A stretch of DNA of 42,202 nt, from NCBI GenBank assembly GCA_017521065.1, contig JAFXEA010000519.1:1-42202 (forward strand), given 5' to 3'. Shown here in pieces: positions 6,883-17,277 of this stretch; position 1 is the first letter of the stretch, and each line of letters begins with the position of its first letter. The notes under the pieces are model-generated. The model was not told where the DNA came from. It saw nothing but the letters and a program-made list of their open reading frames with translations, and did no database searches. The position numbers were made by a program, and so were the translations under genes. The stretch is from Kiritimatiellia bacterium (lineage in GTDB: Bacteria; Verrucomicrobiota; Kiritimatiellia; RFP12; UBA1067).

Positions 6883-9800
6883 TCATGGGATGATTGCCTT
6901 TAGAAATGATTTCTGAGCTTGTGGCGACAACTGTCTAAACTTCTCAACCAACCAATCAACCCCCTTGCTCTCTAGGTGACGTTCTATTTTGCCGATAAGC
7001 ACGTTAAGAGCCCCTCCATCCTCTTCTCCCACGAAATACGGTGGAGGATTGGATAGTTCTCGCAATGCAGCCTCGGCCTCCTGGAGAGACAACGATTCTA
7101 TTGAGGCGTATTGCAACTTAGCCTGAGCCATCCATTCGGCGGATGCCTTCTTGCGTTTCTGTTTTATAGAGACGACCAGCTTGTCGAATGTTTCGGCCGC
7201 ATCCCAGGGCGGCTCTTCTTCCTCAAATCGAGATACGAGCTCATCTTTCGTCTCCGAAATAAGAATCTCAAACTGAGACTGCGGGATTTGCAGGGAATCA
7301 ATTCTCGTAGCTGCATCTATATAGGCATTGATGAAATTACGTGCAATCCTAAAATCTTCCAGATTAGAGTCATTACCTTGATAAAGGCCCGTCAGATCTA
7401 CAACTTCATCCCGAATCTGTATGGCGGACTCCATCGTCAACTCCATGTTCCAAACAGCAGCAGCACGTTTATCAATTGCCTTCCGAACTTCTTTAAGACG
7501 CTTCTTGATCTCGTCAAGTCGAACTAGTCGATTGGCGAGCTCATCAGCATAATGCTGATTTCCAACACGCTTCATGGTTGCTGAACATGCCTTGATCAAT
7601 TCAACCCACTTATCAGATTCAGCTCCGATTGCATCAAGGCGTGACACGGGCGTTTCGTCTGGAATAGTGCCATTCTGCGCATTCCAAGTGTCAAATTTGG
7701 TTACAGCTTCACGAGCCTGTACAATCTGCTCAAATGACCTACAAACTCGTTCCACCTGTGCAAGAAGCTTCTCCTTCTCATCATACATCTCAAGATTCTT
7801 GAGATTTCGCGCCATACGCTCCTCAGAGTCCCGCTTGAACTCCGCCAAGTCCTGTTGCGTGCTACCATGCGGTTGATTACGTGCCAACCAAGATGGGAAG
7901 AGTGCCGATATCTGAGCCTTGGCCTCATTGATACGAGTTATCAAAGGTTCAATATCTCGCATGATATCCCACATCGGGTCCTTGCGCAACTCCTTAGCAT
8001 GAGTTTGAAGCAGTGATGCACCATATGCTATCAGTGATAGCTTTTCAGCCCTTATGCCATTCTCAATTTTTTGAATGAAGTCGCTTTCTTTTTCTTCCGC
8101 CGCATCTATTGTGTCAAACGCCTTCTTAGACTCGCTTTTACACAACGCTATCTGATGCCGCAATGCGGGTGGTAGCGGTAAATTTGATTCAAGCTCCGAT
8201 ATACGCTCTGAAAATTCGGCCTGTTCTCGATATGTTCCGCAAGAGGCCCAGTCGGAGAGGAGCTGATCCCACGCCCCATTCTCTCCCGTCATCCGATACA
8301 GAGTTATTCCTTTAAGATAAACGAGATCTAACGAGTTTCCTAAGAACGAACTCTGGGCAATCGTTTCAAGCCCAACTGGTACCCCCTCAAACTGGGCTTG
8401 GATAACTTTTTGATACGCCTGAATGAATACTCCCCAAAGCAACCCCGCCGAAGCAATGTTTGCACCATATGGAGCCGAACAAGCAATCTTTATCGCCTCT
8501 GCGCAATTTAACCCGTCTTGAAGCGAGAGCTGCTTCTCCCATTCGGCCATGATTGCCTTTACAACCAGGTTACCCGGCTTCTGGACGACAGACCCGTCGC
8601 TTTTAGAGAAAACGCGCCAAGCAACATTAAGAACTGCTTGTGCACGATTCCTTTGCGCCACCCCCATCGTTTGCGTATCACTATATGACAAATCACTAGA
8701 AATCAACCGGCGGGTAAATTCGGCACAATCCTTTGCCGCATTTCCTCTAGGTGTCGCGTAACCATCAAACGGGAACGCCAGTACTTTAGGATATGCTGCC
8801 TCGAAGAGCTGTAGTTCCATCATCGCCAAGCGATTTGGTTGTATGTCTTCAAATGGCGTAACGTAATTCCGCGCCATAAGCGCTTGGCGCACAGAATCAT
8901 CCAGGACACGACGCTGTTTCTGTTCATGCGATGCAATCAGTTGCCCAAATCTCGCTTTCTCATCTGTAGTGAGTCGAGATAAAATATCCAAGTCCACAAG
9001 AGCCTTGGACATATTGTGCTCTGAATCATCCTGCACAAAGATCAATAAAATAGGCCTATGCCGTGCAAACTTCTTGAGCTGTTTTTGAGCGTGCTCCTTA
9101 ACGGCTTCTATATCCTCATTTGCCGGGACATAGCAATGTATCATCAAGCCACGCGCAGATTCAACGCTCTGAAACTCTGTATTTTTCTCTAGTTCAGAAG
9201 CTATGGCACCAATGGTCAGGAGGAATCTCGTCCAGTAAGTCGGTTTTTCTTCAAACCTCCATTCCGGCGTGATGATACTGTGCGAATTGGCAAAAGAACA
9301 CTCGGGCGGGGTAAGAACCGAGATGGTGGAAGCCAAACCGCAGAATACTTCAGCTTGCCGATCAGCATCGTACTCCTGCGCTTTTTGACGCATCAAGTGC
9401 AAGAACTGCGGCTTAGAGGCATTATCACTCAGTATCTCATAACTGCGCGAAGCGTTATCCCATTCTATGACGTTACAATCATCTTGAAGCGTTGCGATTG
9501 CTTTGCTAAGCGAATTCGGCTCTAGACCAGAAAACACACCTAGTGCATAGTCTGCCTCAGCCCTTGATCCAGCACGTAATTGCGTTTGAGAAAGCAATAC
9601 TATGGCACGAAGAACATCTTTCTGTTCCGATGTCAAATGCGCATCGAACTTGGCACAGACGGCATTGTACGATTGTAACAGAGTTCCATGTACGGAGTCC
9701 TCTTCTATGCTTTCAAACTCTTGCTGTAAGTCTTTTGTCCACAACCGCACCGGAGGAAGCGCCGTGTCACACACGAAAGAAGCATTAGCGTCAAGAGCAG

Positions 9801-11118
9801 ACTTCAATAATGTCAAAGCCGAACGTTGCTGTAAATATTTACCAGATGATGATAAATAAAACAACACCCACATTGCCACGGGAGACAGCGGCCAGCATCC
9901 TGACACAATAACCCGGTTAAACATGCCTGGATCAGCCCAGGTCGAATAGTTCTGCGATACGGGATACCAGGATGCTATCTTATCTCGAATAATGTCAGCC
10001 TCCTTGAGGTCAATCTCAGGCGTGGTATTTTTCTGAAGAAGGCTTGCTATCAGTGTTTCGAGGTTACTAGAAAGGTATAACTTCTCCGCATTGTCGAAAC
10101 GCGTGATGAAGCGATTCATTTCGTTCTTGAATTCACTCGGCAACCGCTGTGCGTATGCCTTAAGTTCATATTGAACAAATCCAACAAACGTAACCTTTTC
10201 ATCATTCCCTTGCACACCCTCAAAGAGGTGTTGCAAGGCTCCATCTCCGGCGATCTGGGGATGCGAAGTGGCATACTCCATATAATGGCCAAACTCATCA
10301 AAGAGAATAACCATATGTGCATATGGCTTCCCCTTGCCAACGAATTCACGAACGGCAATATTAATTACATCTTTCGCGGTCTCGTCATTAACAGCAGCGA
10401 GAGGGATACCGATATCGGCGAGAAATGCATGGGTCTTTTTGTAGACAATCTCATCAAAGGAATCAAGACGGGAAATGACATCTTCCTTACTTCCCAGCCT
10501 ACACTCCTCCACAAGACGGCTTGTTAGCCTCTCATCTAGGTTATGGAGTAGCGTTGACGCATGCTTAAAACGCTTCCGAAGGTTCTCCAACTTGGTCGCA
10601 TCATGACCATCCGCAGAAACCTTAGCACGGATTTGAGAAAGAAGAACAGATGACAAGTCACTGTTGTTCATGCCGTTCAGCGTAACAACCAACACCCTGC
10701 CAATATTCTTACATGAGCGAGCTACCTCAGCTCCGATACGATTGTCAGCCTGCGCGATGTTCTTCAAGATATTTGCATGCAGTTCTCGATCCTCAGACGA
10801 AAGTAATTCGGAAATCGTAACCGCCAAATGGGATTTACCACTGCCAAATCCTGCAATCGCAAGCGTAAAGGCATTCCCCGTTGGACTCTCCACACGACTA
10901 ACAACACGTTGAACAAAGGATGCCGTATCAATAAGCTTATGCGAAGAATCCCCAATATCTTTTTGGGAAATACCATGACTTGACGGGCCGTGGAACACAA
11001 AGGACGTGGCCGCTTTAGCAGCTTTCCCTGAGCCATCAATGAGCCAATCTACATCAATCGCCCCATTGAAAAGACGATCAATGTTAAACTCAACGATATC
11101 TCCAAGTTTCTTTGACAT
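6883..11118 (-). CDS. Giant P-loop ATPase, SspC/BrxC/PglY-like (DUF499-like) N-terminal half plus long helical C-terminal half (~1411 aa); second copy in this operon
   Basis: ATG 11118 shares its A with the upstream TAA (TAATG), with GAGGAG about 8 nt upstream.
Walker A is 'AIAGFGSGKSH' (about 10825-10860) and Walker B is 'MVILFDEFG'.
It aligns by eye to the SspC-like protein at 22641-25949: 'AFTLAIAGFGSGKSH' vs 'AFTLTGPYGTGKSS', 'MVILFDEFG' vs 'VFFIFDEFG', and 'VTFVGFVQYE' vs 'VFFMGMLHQS'. Confidence 0.65.
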   Translation of the reverse strand: MSKKLGDIVEFNIDRLFNGAIDVDWLIDGSGKAAKAATSFVFHGPSSHGISQKDIGDSSHKLIDTASFVQRVVSRVESPTGNAFTLAIAGFGSGKSHLAVTISELLSSEDRELHANILKNIAQADNRIGAEVARSCKNIGRVLVVTLNGMNNSDLSSVLLSQIRAKVSADGHDATKLENLRKRFKHASTLLHNLDERLTSRLVEECRLGSKEDVISRLDSFDEIVYKKTHAFLADIGIPLAAVNDETAKDVINIAVREFVGKGKPYAHMVILFDEFGHYMEYATSHPQIAGDGALQHLFEGVQGNDEKVTFVGFVQYELKAYAQRLPSEFKNEMNRFITRFDNAEKLYLSSNLETLIASLLQKNTTPEIDLKEADIIRDKIASWYPVSQNYSTWADPGMFNRVIVSGCWPLSPVAMWVLFYLSSSGKYLQQRSALTLLKSALDANASFVCDTALPPVRLWTKDLQQEFESIEEDSVHGTLLQSYNAVCAKFDAHLTSEQKDVLRAIVLLSQTQLRAGSRAEADYALGVFSGLEPNSLSKAIATLQDDCNVIEWDNASRSYEILSDNASKPQFLHLMRQKAQEYDADRQAEVFCGLASTISVLTPPECSFANSHSIITPEWRFEEKPTYWTRFLLTIGAIASELEKNTEFQSVESARGLMIHCYVPANEDIEAVKEHAQKQLKKFARHRPILLIFVQDDSEHNMSKALVDLDILSRLTTDEKARFGQLIASHEQKQRRVLDDSVRQALMARNYVTPFEDIQPNRLAMMELQLFEAAYPKVLAFPFDGYATPRGNAAKDCAEFTRRLISSDLSYSDTQTMGVAQRNRAQAVLNVAWRVFSKSDGSVVQKPGNLVVKAIMAEWEKQLSLQDGLNCAEAIKIACSAPYGANIASAGLLWGVFIQAYQKVIQAQFEGVPVGLETIAQSSFLGNSLDLVYLKGITLYRMTGENGAWDQLLSDWASCGTYREQAEFSERISELESNLPLPPALRHQIALCKSESKKAFDTIDAAEEKESDFIQKIENGIRAEKLSLIAYGASLLQTHAKELRKDPMWDIMRDIEPLITRINEAKAQISALFPSWLARNQPHGSTQQDLAEFKRDSEERMARNLKNLEMYDEKEKLLAQVERVCRSFEQIVQAREAVTKFDTWNAQNGTIPDETPVSRLDAIGAESDKWVELIKACSATMKRVGNQHYADELANRLVRLDEIKKRLKEVRKAIDKRAAAVWNMELTMESAIQIRDEVVDLTGLYQGNDSNLEDFRIARNFINAYIDAATRIDSLQIPQSQFEILISETKDELVSRFEEEEPPWDAAETFDKLVVSIKQKRKKASAEWMAQAKLQYASIESLSLQEAEAALRELSNPPPYFVGEEDGGALNVLIGKIERHLESKGVDWLVEKFRQLSPQAQKSFLKAIIP

Positions 11119-11987
11119 TAGATGAACTCCTCGTACAGACGTGCCCAAAGTTGCGCGGAACTAAGCTTAAAGCATACGATCCAAGGCTGCATATGACGAT
11201 CAATAGATATCAACCCTTTGTCTTCCATAAGCCCCAACATTTGTTGGGACTCGGACAACGTCCACCCGGTGACTGAACGGAAACCACACGTATCCTCTAA
11301 GTCATCAACGGTCAACTGATTCTCCGTCAATCTACCAGAACGCTCCATCAGGTCAGAAAGCCAGGCCGCATACCCAATAGCATAAGCATCTAAAATTGGT
11401 GCCTTCCGCCGAATGACGAGTGCATTGTCCAATCTAACCGCTGCACATGTCATAAAAGACGCAGGCTCTTCGTACATTCTGAATGTTGGAGACAACGCTT
11501 TTGCAGCATCATTTGCACCAGTCTCGGTAATCATCCATTTCAAGAAGTCATCGTACAGAAACGAATTCCCAAAACTCAAAGCCCCGTTCCAGAACATCTG
11601 ATACCACAACTCCGCACCAAACGACTTGTTGCACAGATATAAGTGTGCGATCCATTGGGTTAGCTCTTCTTGTAAAAACCTATCACCCAAATATACAGCA
11701 CGACCAAAATTCGTCAAAACAATATTGTAGCGTTTTTCCTTCTTCTCACCGACCTGCTGCAATCGAACAAGCCCCATCCCGACAGCATAATCAGCAGTAG
11801 GTATGGCCTTGCCACTTGACTTGCCGGTGGGAATGCCTGTCTCACTGGCGATAGCATGCATCTCATATACCCCAGAATTAGCTGCATACTTAAGCATCGC
11901 GCCAAGATACTGTTTCTCTGGGATAAAGGTAAGATGAAAATTCTTAGCCAGCCGTTCAGACCTTGTCTTTTTCGATTTTACCGCCAT
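11118..11987 (-). CDS. Divergent DUF4007/SspB-like protein (~289 aa); second copy in this operon
   Basis: ATG 11987 lies 1 nt after the TAA of the upstream gene (the track start at 12008 is TTG).
It aligns by eye to 25946-26833: 'FHLTFIPEKQYLGAML' vs 'GHQTFVFRHGWLEKGV', 'LTNFGRAVYLG' vs 'LTNFGEYIFG', and 'LTQWIAHLYL' vs 'ATLWLLHYNL'. The length is nearly identical. Confidence 0.55.
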   Translation of the reverse strand: MAVKSKKTRSERLAKNFHLTFIPEKQYLGAMLKYAANSGVYEMHAIASETGIPTGKSSGKAIPTADYAVGMGLVRLQQVGEKKEKRYNIVLTNFGRAVYLGDRFLQEELTQWIAHLYLCNKSFGAELWYQMFWNGALSFGNSFLYDDFLKWMITETGANDAAKALSPTFRMYEEPASFMTCAAVRLDNALVIRRKAPILDAYAIGYAAWLSDLMERSGRLTENQLTVDDLEDTCGFRSVTGWTLSESQQMLGLMEDKGLISIDRHMQPWIVCFKLSSAQLWARLYEEFI

Positions 11988-11988
11988 T

Positions 11989-14900
11989 TTAGAAGCCACG
12001 CTCCTCAAGGGAAGTCACCTTGATCTTATGAACCTGATTTGTAAAATTCCCATTTGCAGTATTCAGTGCCGGGCCGATGGATAGACACTCACCTTTACTT
12101 AAAGAGGTAAGCATCATACGCCACTGGTTTTTATCACCACCTCCTGCAGCCTGAGCGACGAAATCGGTGTACTGGTTGATTTCTGGATCGGCAGGCCGGA
12201 AGAACAACTTATGCCCAGACTGAAACAGCCGAGCCTGCTCGTCTTTCTTAAGGTTACTGAGAGTCTGCGTCGCCGCCATCACACAAAGACCAAACTTTCG
12301 CCCTTCGGTCAGATACTTTCCAAGCGGAGACTCCAACCGTTGATCAAGGTTCTGAACCTCGTCAAGCACGACAATCCGTGGATTCTTCTCTGACCCCCCA
12401 CTCGAGGCAAATGCCCACAAGTCCCACAGAATAAACTCAGTAAGAATACGTGCGGTACTGCGATCAATCATAACCATCTGAAATACTTGGCAACGCTTCA
12501 CAGTATCTGCAAACAGCTCGCTCCAACCCATTAAGGAATCTGCTTTGAATGGAGCTTCATCAATGAATGGCTTGAGCTTGTTCGCCAGCGTCTGAACTGA
12601 CGGCTTTGGATGAACACCATCATCCATAAACGACTGCAAGATAGGAAGCACCTTTTCAAGTGACATCTTTTCCTTGTAGCTTTCCAAGCCCTGCTTCAGT
12701 GCATCAATCAAAACACTGACCTGTTGATCCCCCATCTGATACACGGAATCAAATATTGAAGTCACACGCTTTGCGACATCAATATCACCTTCTTCGATAG
12801 GCGAGCCTAACCCAATGTCCTGCGACTGCTTCTTAAACGGATTGATAGGCAATTTGTTCTGCTTAACGACATTCTGCTGTGGCTGAAGAACTGCATTAGT
12901 AGTTGCCTGAAGCTGATTTGGTAAAAATCCGTTTGTATAATCAATTATCAAGCTATTCTGCCCCTTACGCCCAAGCTCGCAAAGGATAGCTTGGATTGCA
13001 TAAGTTTTACCCATCCCGGAATTGCCAAAAATTAAGAAGTGCCGGTTGTTTAGTTTAGGATGACCAAACTCCCAGAATATCTCTCGTCCATCTTTGGTCT
13101 TGCCAAGAAGGACACGATCAGCTATCCCACCAGCAGGAAGCACTGTGGGTAGAGGTTGTTGCTGATCAACCGCTTTAACCATCTCCTCTGCTTGCACAAC
13201 ACCAGTAGAAGATTTCTCCTCTACGGGGATTTCAGAAGAAGGAATCTGCGTTGTCAACTGCTCTTCCTCATCAACATCCTCAACAGGCAGTGTTCGCTCC
13301 GGCATTTCGTCATCTTCTCCTGATACCGCCGCAGCTTGTAACACAGGATCGCTCCACTTCAATGTCGGCGAAGTCTCATCCGCGCATAAGCGATAAACGA
13401 ACTTACAACCCGCTTCATAAACCGGGATCTCATATTCTTCATCATCAAGATTGAATGTGCGGCGTTCATTGCACTTCATTTCCCCAGATTCTGAGTCTGT
13501 CCAAAAAGCAAAAATACCTGCACCCCATTCAATCTCAAACTCACCAGCAGCAAGACGCTCCATCGCCACTAAGTATTTCGCCATATCCGACGATTCTGTC
13601 AATCGAACGCTCCCCGCGATCATTCGATGCAACTGTAAATACCAATAGCGCTGATCAGGCCTGTTTGCGCTGCCAAAACCGAAATCGCCTTGCAAAGCCG
13701 CCACATTCTTTGGGCGAAACACTTCAGATAGGACCTTAAGTCCATTCTGAATCTGCATGCTCGCCTTTTCAAGATGTTCATCATTACGGTTCGCCATCTT
13801 GCATTCGATGAGCTTGGCTTTTATCTGAAGATGCCCATTCTCAGAAATATTAGCACGTAGCCACAATAAATCAGGATGGGTCTTGTCCTCTTCGCTCACT
13901 TGATCAAACCAGTGACTATATGCATCTATTGAAAAAATGCGATCACAAAGATTTCCACTCTCGTCAAGAGGAAGAATTCTATGCATCAGACTATAGGCCA
14001 TGAAATCGCGAACATATTCCGAAGGGCCGAGCGATCTGATCATCGACAGACCCGCGAGTTCCGTAGCCTCGTGCAACAACGTCTTCGCAATAACCTCAAA
14101 TTGCTCTGGCTTCCCGTATTTATAAACTTGTCCCATCGATGACAGCAACTGCTTGTGGATTGTATCAAACGAATATTTTTGAGTCGAGATCGTGTAATTC
14201 TTCTCCCCATGAAGGCCGACACCAGACCCAAATCCTATTAGTTCGCGTTTTGCCTCCGACTCAGGACCAAGCGCAAGGAGCGCTTTATCAATTAACGCAT
14301 CAATACAAACCACCCATTCAGATGACTCATGTGCATTATCTATCACCGTACGCCACGGGGTATAATCACCGGTAGCCAGAACAATGTGATGCGTGTTCTG
14401 CTTACAACTGGTATCGCGCAACCGGGCAATCACCTCGGTATGATGTGTACAAATCTTAAACTGTCTGTTGCTGACAATCTGTGACCGTTTACAAATCTCA
14501 TCAGGCGTTGTCTTTGCGCATTGCGACTGTTCAAGGATCGGAAACTTAATGGATGCCTTCGTGATATCGAACTCTTCCGTTACCTGAAACACACACCCCT
14601 GGCTGTCCGGCTTGATAAAGTTATAGAACACGAATATATCCGCATCAACTTCTTTTTTGATCGTGTCCGCAAATTGTTTGTACTGATCATCATGCCGAAT
14701 AATACGATGAGAGACAGTAAACCGCATTGCAGCATAGTCCGAATCGTCCTCCTCTGCATCATCTAGGAAGTCTTGCCATTGCGACAACCAGTTTGCAACA
14801 ACACTTGTATCAGATGACTCGGAGAAGAACACAACCTTCATCGCATACTTCTCGGGTCTTTCGTTATCTTGCAGTCGAGCATCTCTCGGCAGCCATTTGG

Positions 14901-17265
14901 CAAACTGATCAATGGCAGCAAGCACCGGCTGTACATCCTCATTTCTGTACACGGCAATCGACATGCCATCCGCCGCTCCTATATGGATCTGGTAGTATTC
15001 CTTCAGTATCCGAAACAGGTGTCGCGATTCGCTTGACTCGCGGAACATCTCGCTGTCGGCTATCTCATCATCGTCAACACGATCATACCTAGTCAGAAAA
15101 CGTGTTGCAGCCAGTTTCTGCTCGGCGGTTATTGACCCTACCCTGTGCACAAGCTCGTCGCCACCCGAACAAACCTCAAAACGCTGGTTCCCGCCATCAA
15201 CAGTAAGACCCGTGATCGGCATCTTCAACTCCGCCATATCGACATAATAGCGCCATTTGGCTTCTCGGAACTGGCGAGCGCCACTCTCCTGTAGCTCTTT
15301 CTCGACTAAGCGGCTAAACGATTCAAACATGAATTGAACTTGTGCCTGAACCATCTCCATCATCGCAGGATGTAGAATCGTCACAACACCAGAGGATTCA
15401 TACTTAGCCGCGCCCCAGACGTCAAGATCTTCGCTTTTACGCCGGTCAACTACCAGGAAAGCCCGCATCAGCATCGCCGCAATAGCATGCGCATCGGCGG
15501 CCTCTGGCATGGTCGCTGTATATGCTTCAGCCAATTGATTATAAGCAGTGAAGACTTGCGGCGTCTTGCCAAGGGGGATCATGGAATACAAACCACGCTC
15601 GCAAACCTTTTCTACAAAGTCCCTGTAACTTTGTGCAAGCTCCTGAAGTTGCTTTTTAAGGATCTGAGTCTGTGGTTGTTGCCACCAATTCTCAGTAATG
15701 AGGATGTCACCAAAGGACAGAGGGTCCTTACATGCCGTAATACAATGTAATAGGACTCGCCGAATCTCTTCAGCATCACGAGCCATCATCAGTTCACGGT
15801 AATACTCGAAATGATAGACGGGGAGCTTGCAATGCCCGCTTGACGTCTTTAGGAAATCTTTTGCCTGGTCGAACAATTGCATTGCAAGGCGATATGGATG
15901 ATCATCCGGAAGCTGAAGCGCAAAACGCAATTTGACCGAATGCTCTGGATCAGCAACTGTTACATGAAATTCAAAAAATGGTTCCGATGTCTTTGCCGGT
16001 AATGTGTTAATCTCATCATGAACAAGATGCGATGTCACCTTTACAAGCTCTCCATCGGTTTTGCGCTTTACATCTATGCACTGTTCACAAAACAGATCCA
16101 AGCCTCCAAGTAATCTGTGAAGATGATCCAGAACCTCCGCTTTAATCTGATCAGCAGAACCTACTGATGTTTGAAAATCATGTTTGAACAAAACGCCCCG
16201 AATCTCAATTGAGGAGACGTCGCTGTTTGGAAATTTACTGCGATATTCACCAAGCGTTCTCCACGTCGCAGACAGCACTACCTCTGCAGGTGACCCATAA
16301 AGTTTTTTTAACGAATCCTTGCTGCCGGGAGTTTTTTTAGGCCTAGCAGCAAGTATCTTATCTAGAATCTCTATGAAGTCAGAATTATGGAGCTCTTCTC
16401 GATAAGCAGTTCCTGTGTTCACATACTCAATCAATGCGCCGAGCATGGAATCTCGGCTTGCGAACGGCGCAAAATCAAGCGAAGGTTCAGGTTCTTTCTC
16501 CGCAAATGCCCTTATTGCGTTTAAGGCCTTCTTACGTTTCGATTCTTCAAGGAACATACTGTAATTGAAGAACTCTGTAGCCGCCTCTGCATAATAACGG
16601 AACGAACTACTTCTGGTTTTATGCAAGGCAAAGCCAGGCATATGAGGCAAATTGAAAGGCGAAAGCCTGCAGAGGATTTCTGCAACAAGTTCTGCTGGCG
16701 ATGCAGGATCCAAATCTGTCGGGACAGACGACAGTAATTTCGACACCATTGGCAAGCCGGAAGTCTCGCGCAAGACTGTAAGGATTCCGTTCATCCTTTC
16801 ATTGTCCGGCACGGACAGTACGGACACCCCGTACCCCTCAAAGAAACGTTCTATCCAAAACTTGAACGTCCCATTCATTGACTCAGTCCATAACGACTCG
16901 CCATCACACTGATAAAAGTCGCTCAAGCTTCCTTTGTCGGTCACATGGTTAGTGCCCAGTAGGAGTTGAAGGGAATTTGCTACAACCTGGTTACGATACT
17001 GCGTAAGATTTCCGTTTGCAAAATGGCCCTCAAATTTTTCCACATCTGCGGCAGACCAACTTTTGCGATACTCCTCTGCCAACCAGAACTGGAGATTGAG
17101 ATTCATTGTATGGCAAAGTCCAGAACATTTGTTCAACAACAAAGATGCGTCTTCGGGCGCAATATCACTAATGATAAACTGAAGACGAGCATCATCCGTC
17201 CCCACTGATTTTGTCACTTGATCCGATATTGAACGAAAGAGTTGTTCTGCGTAATAGTTGTACAT
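11989..17265 (-). CDS. dptH: DptH/DndH-like giant protein with a C-terminal FtsK/HerA/VirB4-type NTPase (1758 aa)
   Basis: ATG 17265 is preceded by AAGGAGG overlapping the upstream stop. Walker A 'IFGNSGMGKTYA' (about 13000-13040), Walker B 'RIVVLDEVQNL' and the HerA-like motif 'EGRKFGLCVMAATQ' are present. Size and position after F/G-like genes match the DptFGH layout. Confidence 0.55.
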   Translation of the reverse strand: MYNYYAEQLFRSISDQVTKSVGTDDARLQFIISDIAPEDASLLLNKCSGLCHTMNLNLQFWLAEEYRKSWSAADVEKFEGHFANGNLTQYRNQVVANSLQLLLGTNHVTDKGSLSDFYQCDGESLWTESMNGTFKFWIERFFEGYGVSVLSVPDNERMNGILTVLRETSGLPMVSKLLSSVPTDLDPASPAELVAEILCRLSPFNLPHMPGFALHKTRSSSFRYYAEAATEFFNYSMFLEESKRKKALNAIRAFAEKEPEPSLDFAPFASRDSMLGALIEYVNTGTAYREELHNSDFIEILDKILAARPKKTPGSKDSLKKLYGSPAEVVLSATWRTLGEYRSKFPNSDVSSIEIRGVLFKHDFQTSVGSADQIKAEVLDHLHRLLGGLDLFCEQCIDVKRKTDGELVKVTSHLVHDEINTLPAKTSEPFFEFHVTVADPEHSVKLRFALQLPDDHPYRLAMQLFDQAKDFLKTSSGHCKLPVYHFEYYRELMMARDAEEIRRVLLHCITACKDPLSFGDILITENWWQQPQTQILKKQLQELAQSYRDFVEKVCERGLYSMIPLGKTPQVFTAYNQLAEAYTATMPEAADAHAIAAMLMRAFLVVDRRKSEDLDVWGAAKYESSGVVTILHPAMMEMVQAQVQFMFESFSRLVEKELQESGARQFREAKWRYYVDMAELKMPITGLTVDGGNQRFEVCSGGDELVHRVGSITAEQKLAATRFLTRYDRVDDDEIADSEMFRESSESRHLFRILKEYYQIHIGAADGMSIAVYRNEDVQPVLAAIDQFAKWLPRDARLQDNERPEKYAMKVVFFSESSDTSVVANWLSQWQDFLDDAEEDDSDYAAMRFTVSHRIIRHDDQYKQFADTIKKEVDADIFVFYNFIKPDSQGCVFQVTEEFDITKASIKFPILEQSQCAKTTPDEICKRSQIVSNRQFKICTHHTEVIARLRDTSCKQNTHHIVLATGDYTPWRTVIDNAHESSEWVVCIDALIDKALLALGPESEAKRELIGFGSGVGLHGEKNYTISTQKYSFDTIHKQLLSSMGQVYKYGKPEQFEVIAKTLLHEATELAGLSMIRSLGPSEYVRDFMAYSLMHRILPLDESGNLCDRIFSIDAYSHWFDQVSEEDKTHPDLLWLRANISENGHLQIKAKLIECKMANRNDEHLEKASMQIQNGLKVLSEVFRPKNVAALQGDFGFGSANRPDQRYWYLQLHRMIAGSVRLTESSDMAKYLVAMERLAAGEFEIEWGAGIFAFWTDSESGEMKCNERRTFNLDDEEYEIPVYEAGCKFVYRLCADETSPTLKWSDPVLQAAAVSGEDDEMPERTLPVEDVDEEEQLTTQIPSSEIPVEEKSSTGVVQAEEMVKAVDQQQPLPTVLPAGGIADRVLLGKTKDGREIFWEFGHPKLNNRHFLIFGNSGMGKTYAIQAILCELGRKGQNSLIIDYTNGFLPNQLQATTNAVLQPQQNVVKQNKLPINPFKKQSQDIGLGSPIEEGDIDVAKRVTSIFDSVYQMGDQQVSVLIDALKQGLESYKEKMSLEKVLPILQSFMDDGVHPKPSVQTLANKLKPFIDEAPFKADSLMGWSELFADTVKRCQVFQMVMIDRSTARILTEFILWDLWAFASSGGSEKNPRIVVLDEVQNLDQRLESPLGKYLTEGRKFGLCVMAATQTLSNLKKDEQARLFQSGHKLFFRPADPEINQYTDFVAQAAGGGDKNQWRMMLTSLSKGECLSIGPALNTANGNFTNQVHKIKVTSLEERGF

Positions 17266-17277
17266 AATATGACCTCC

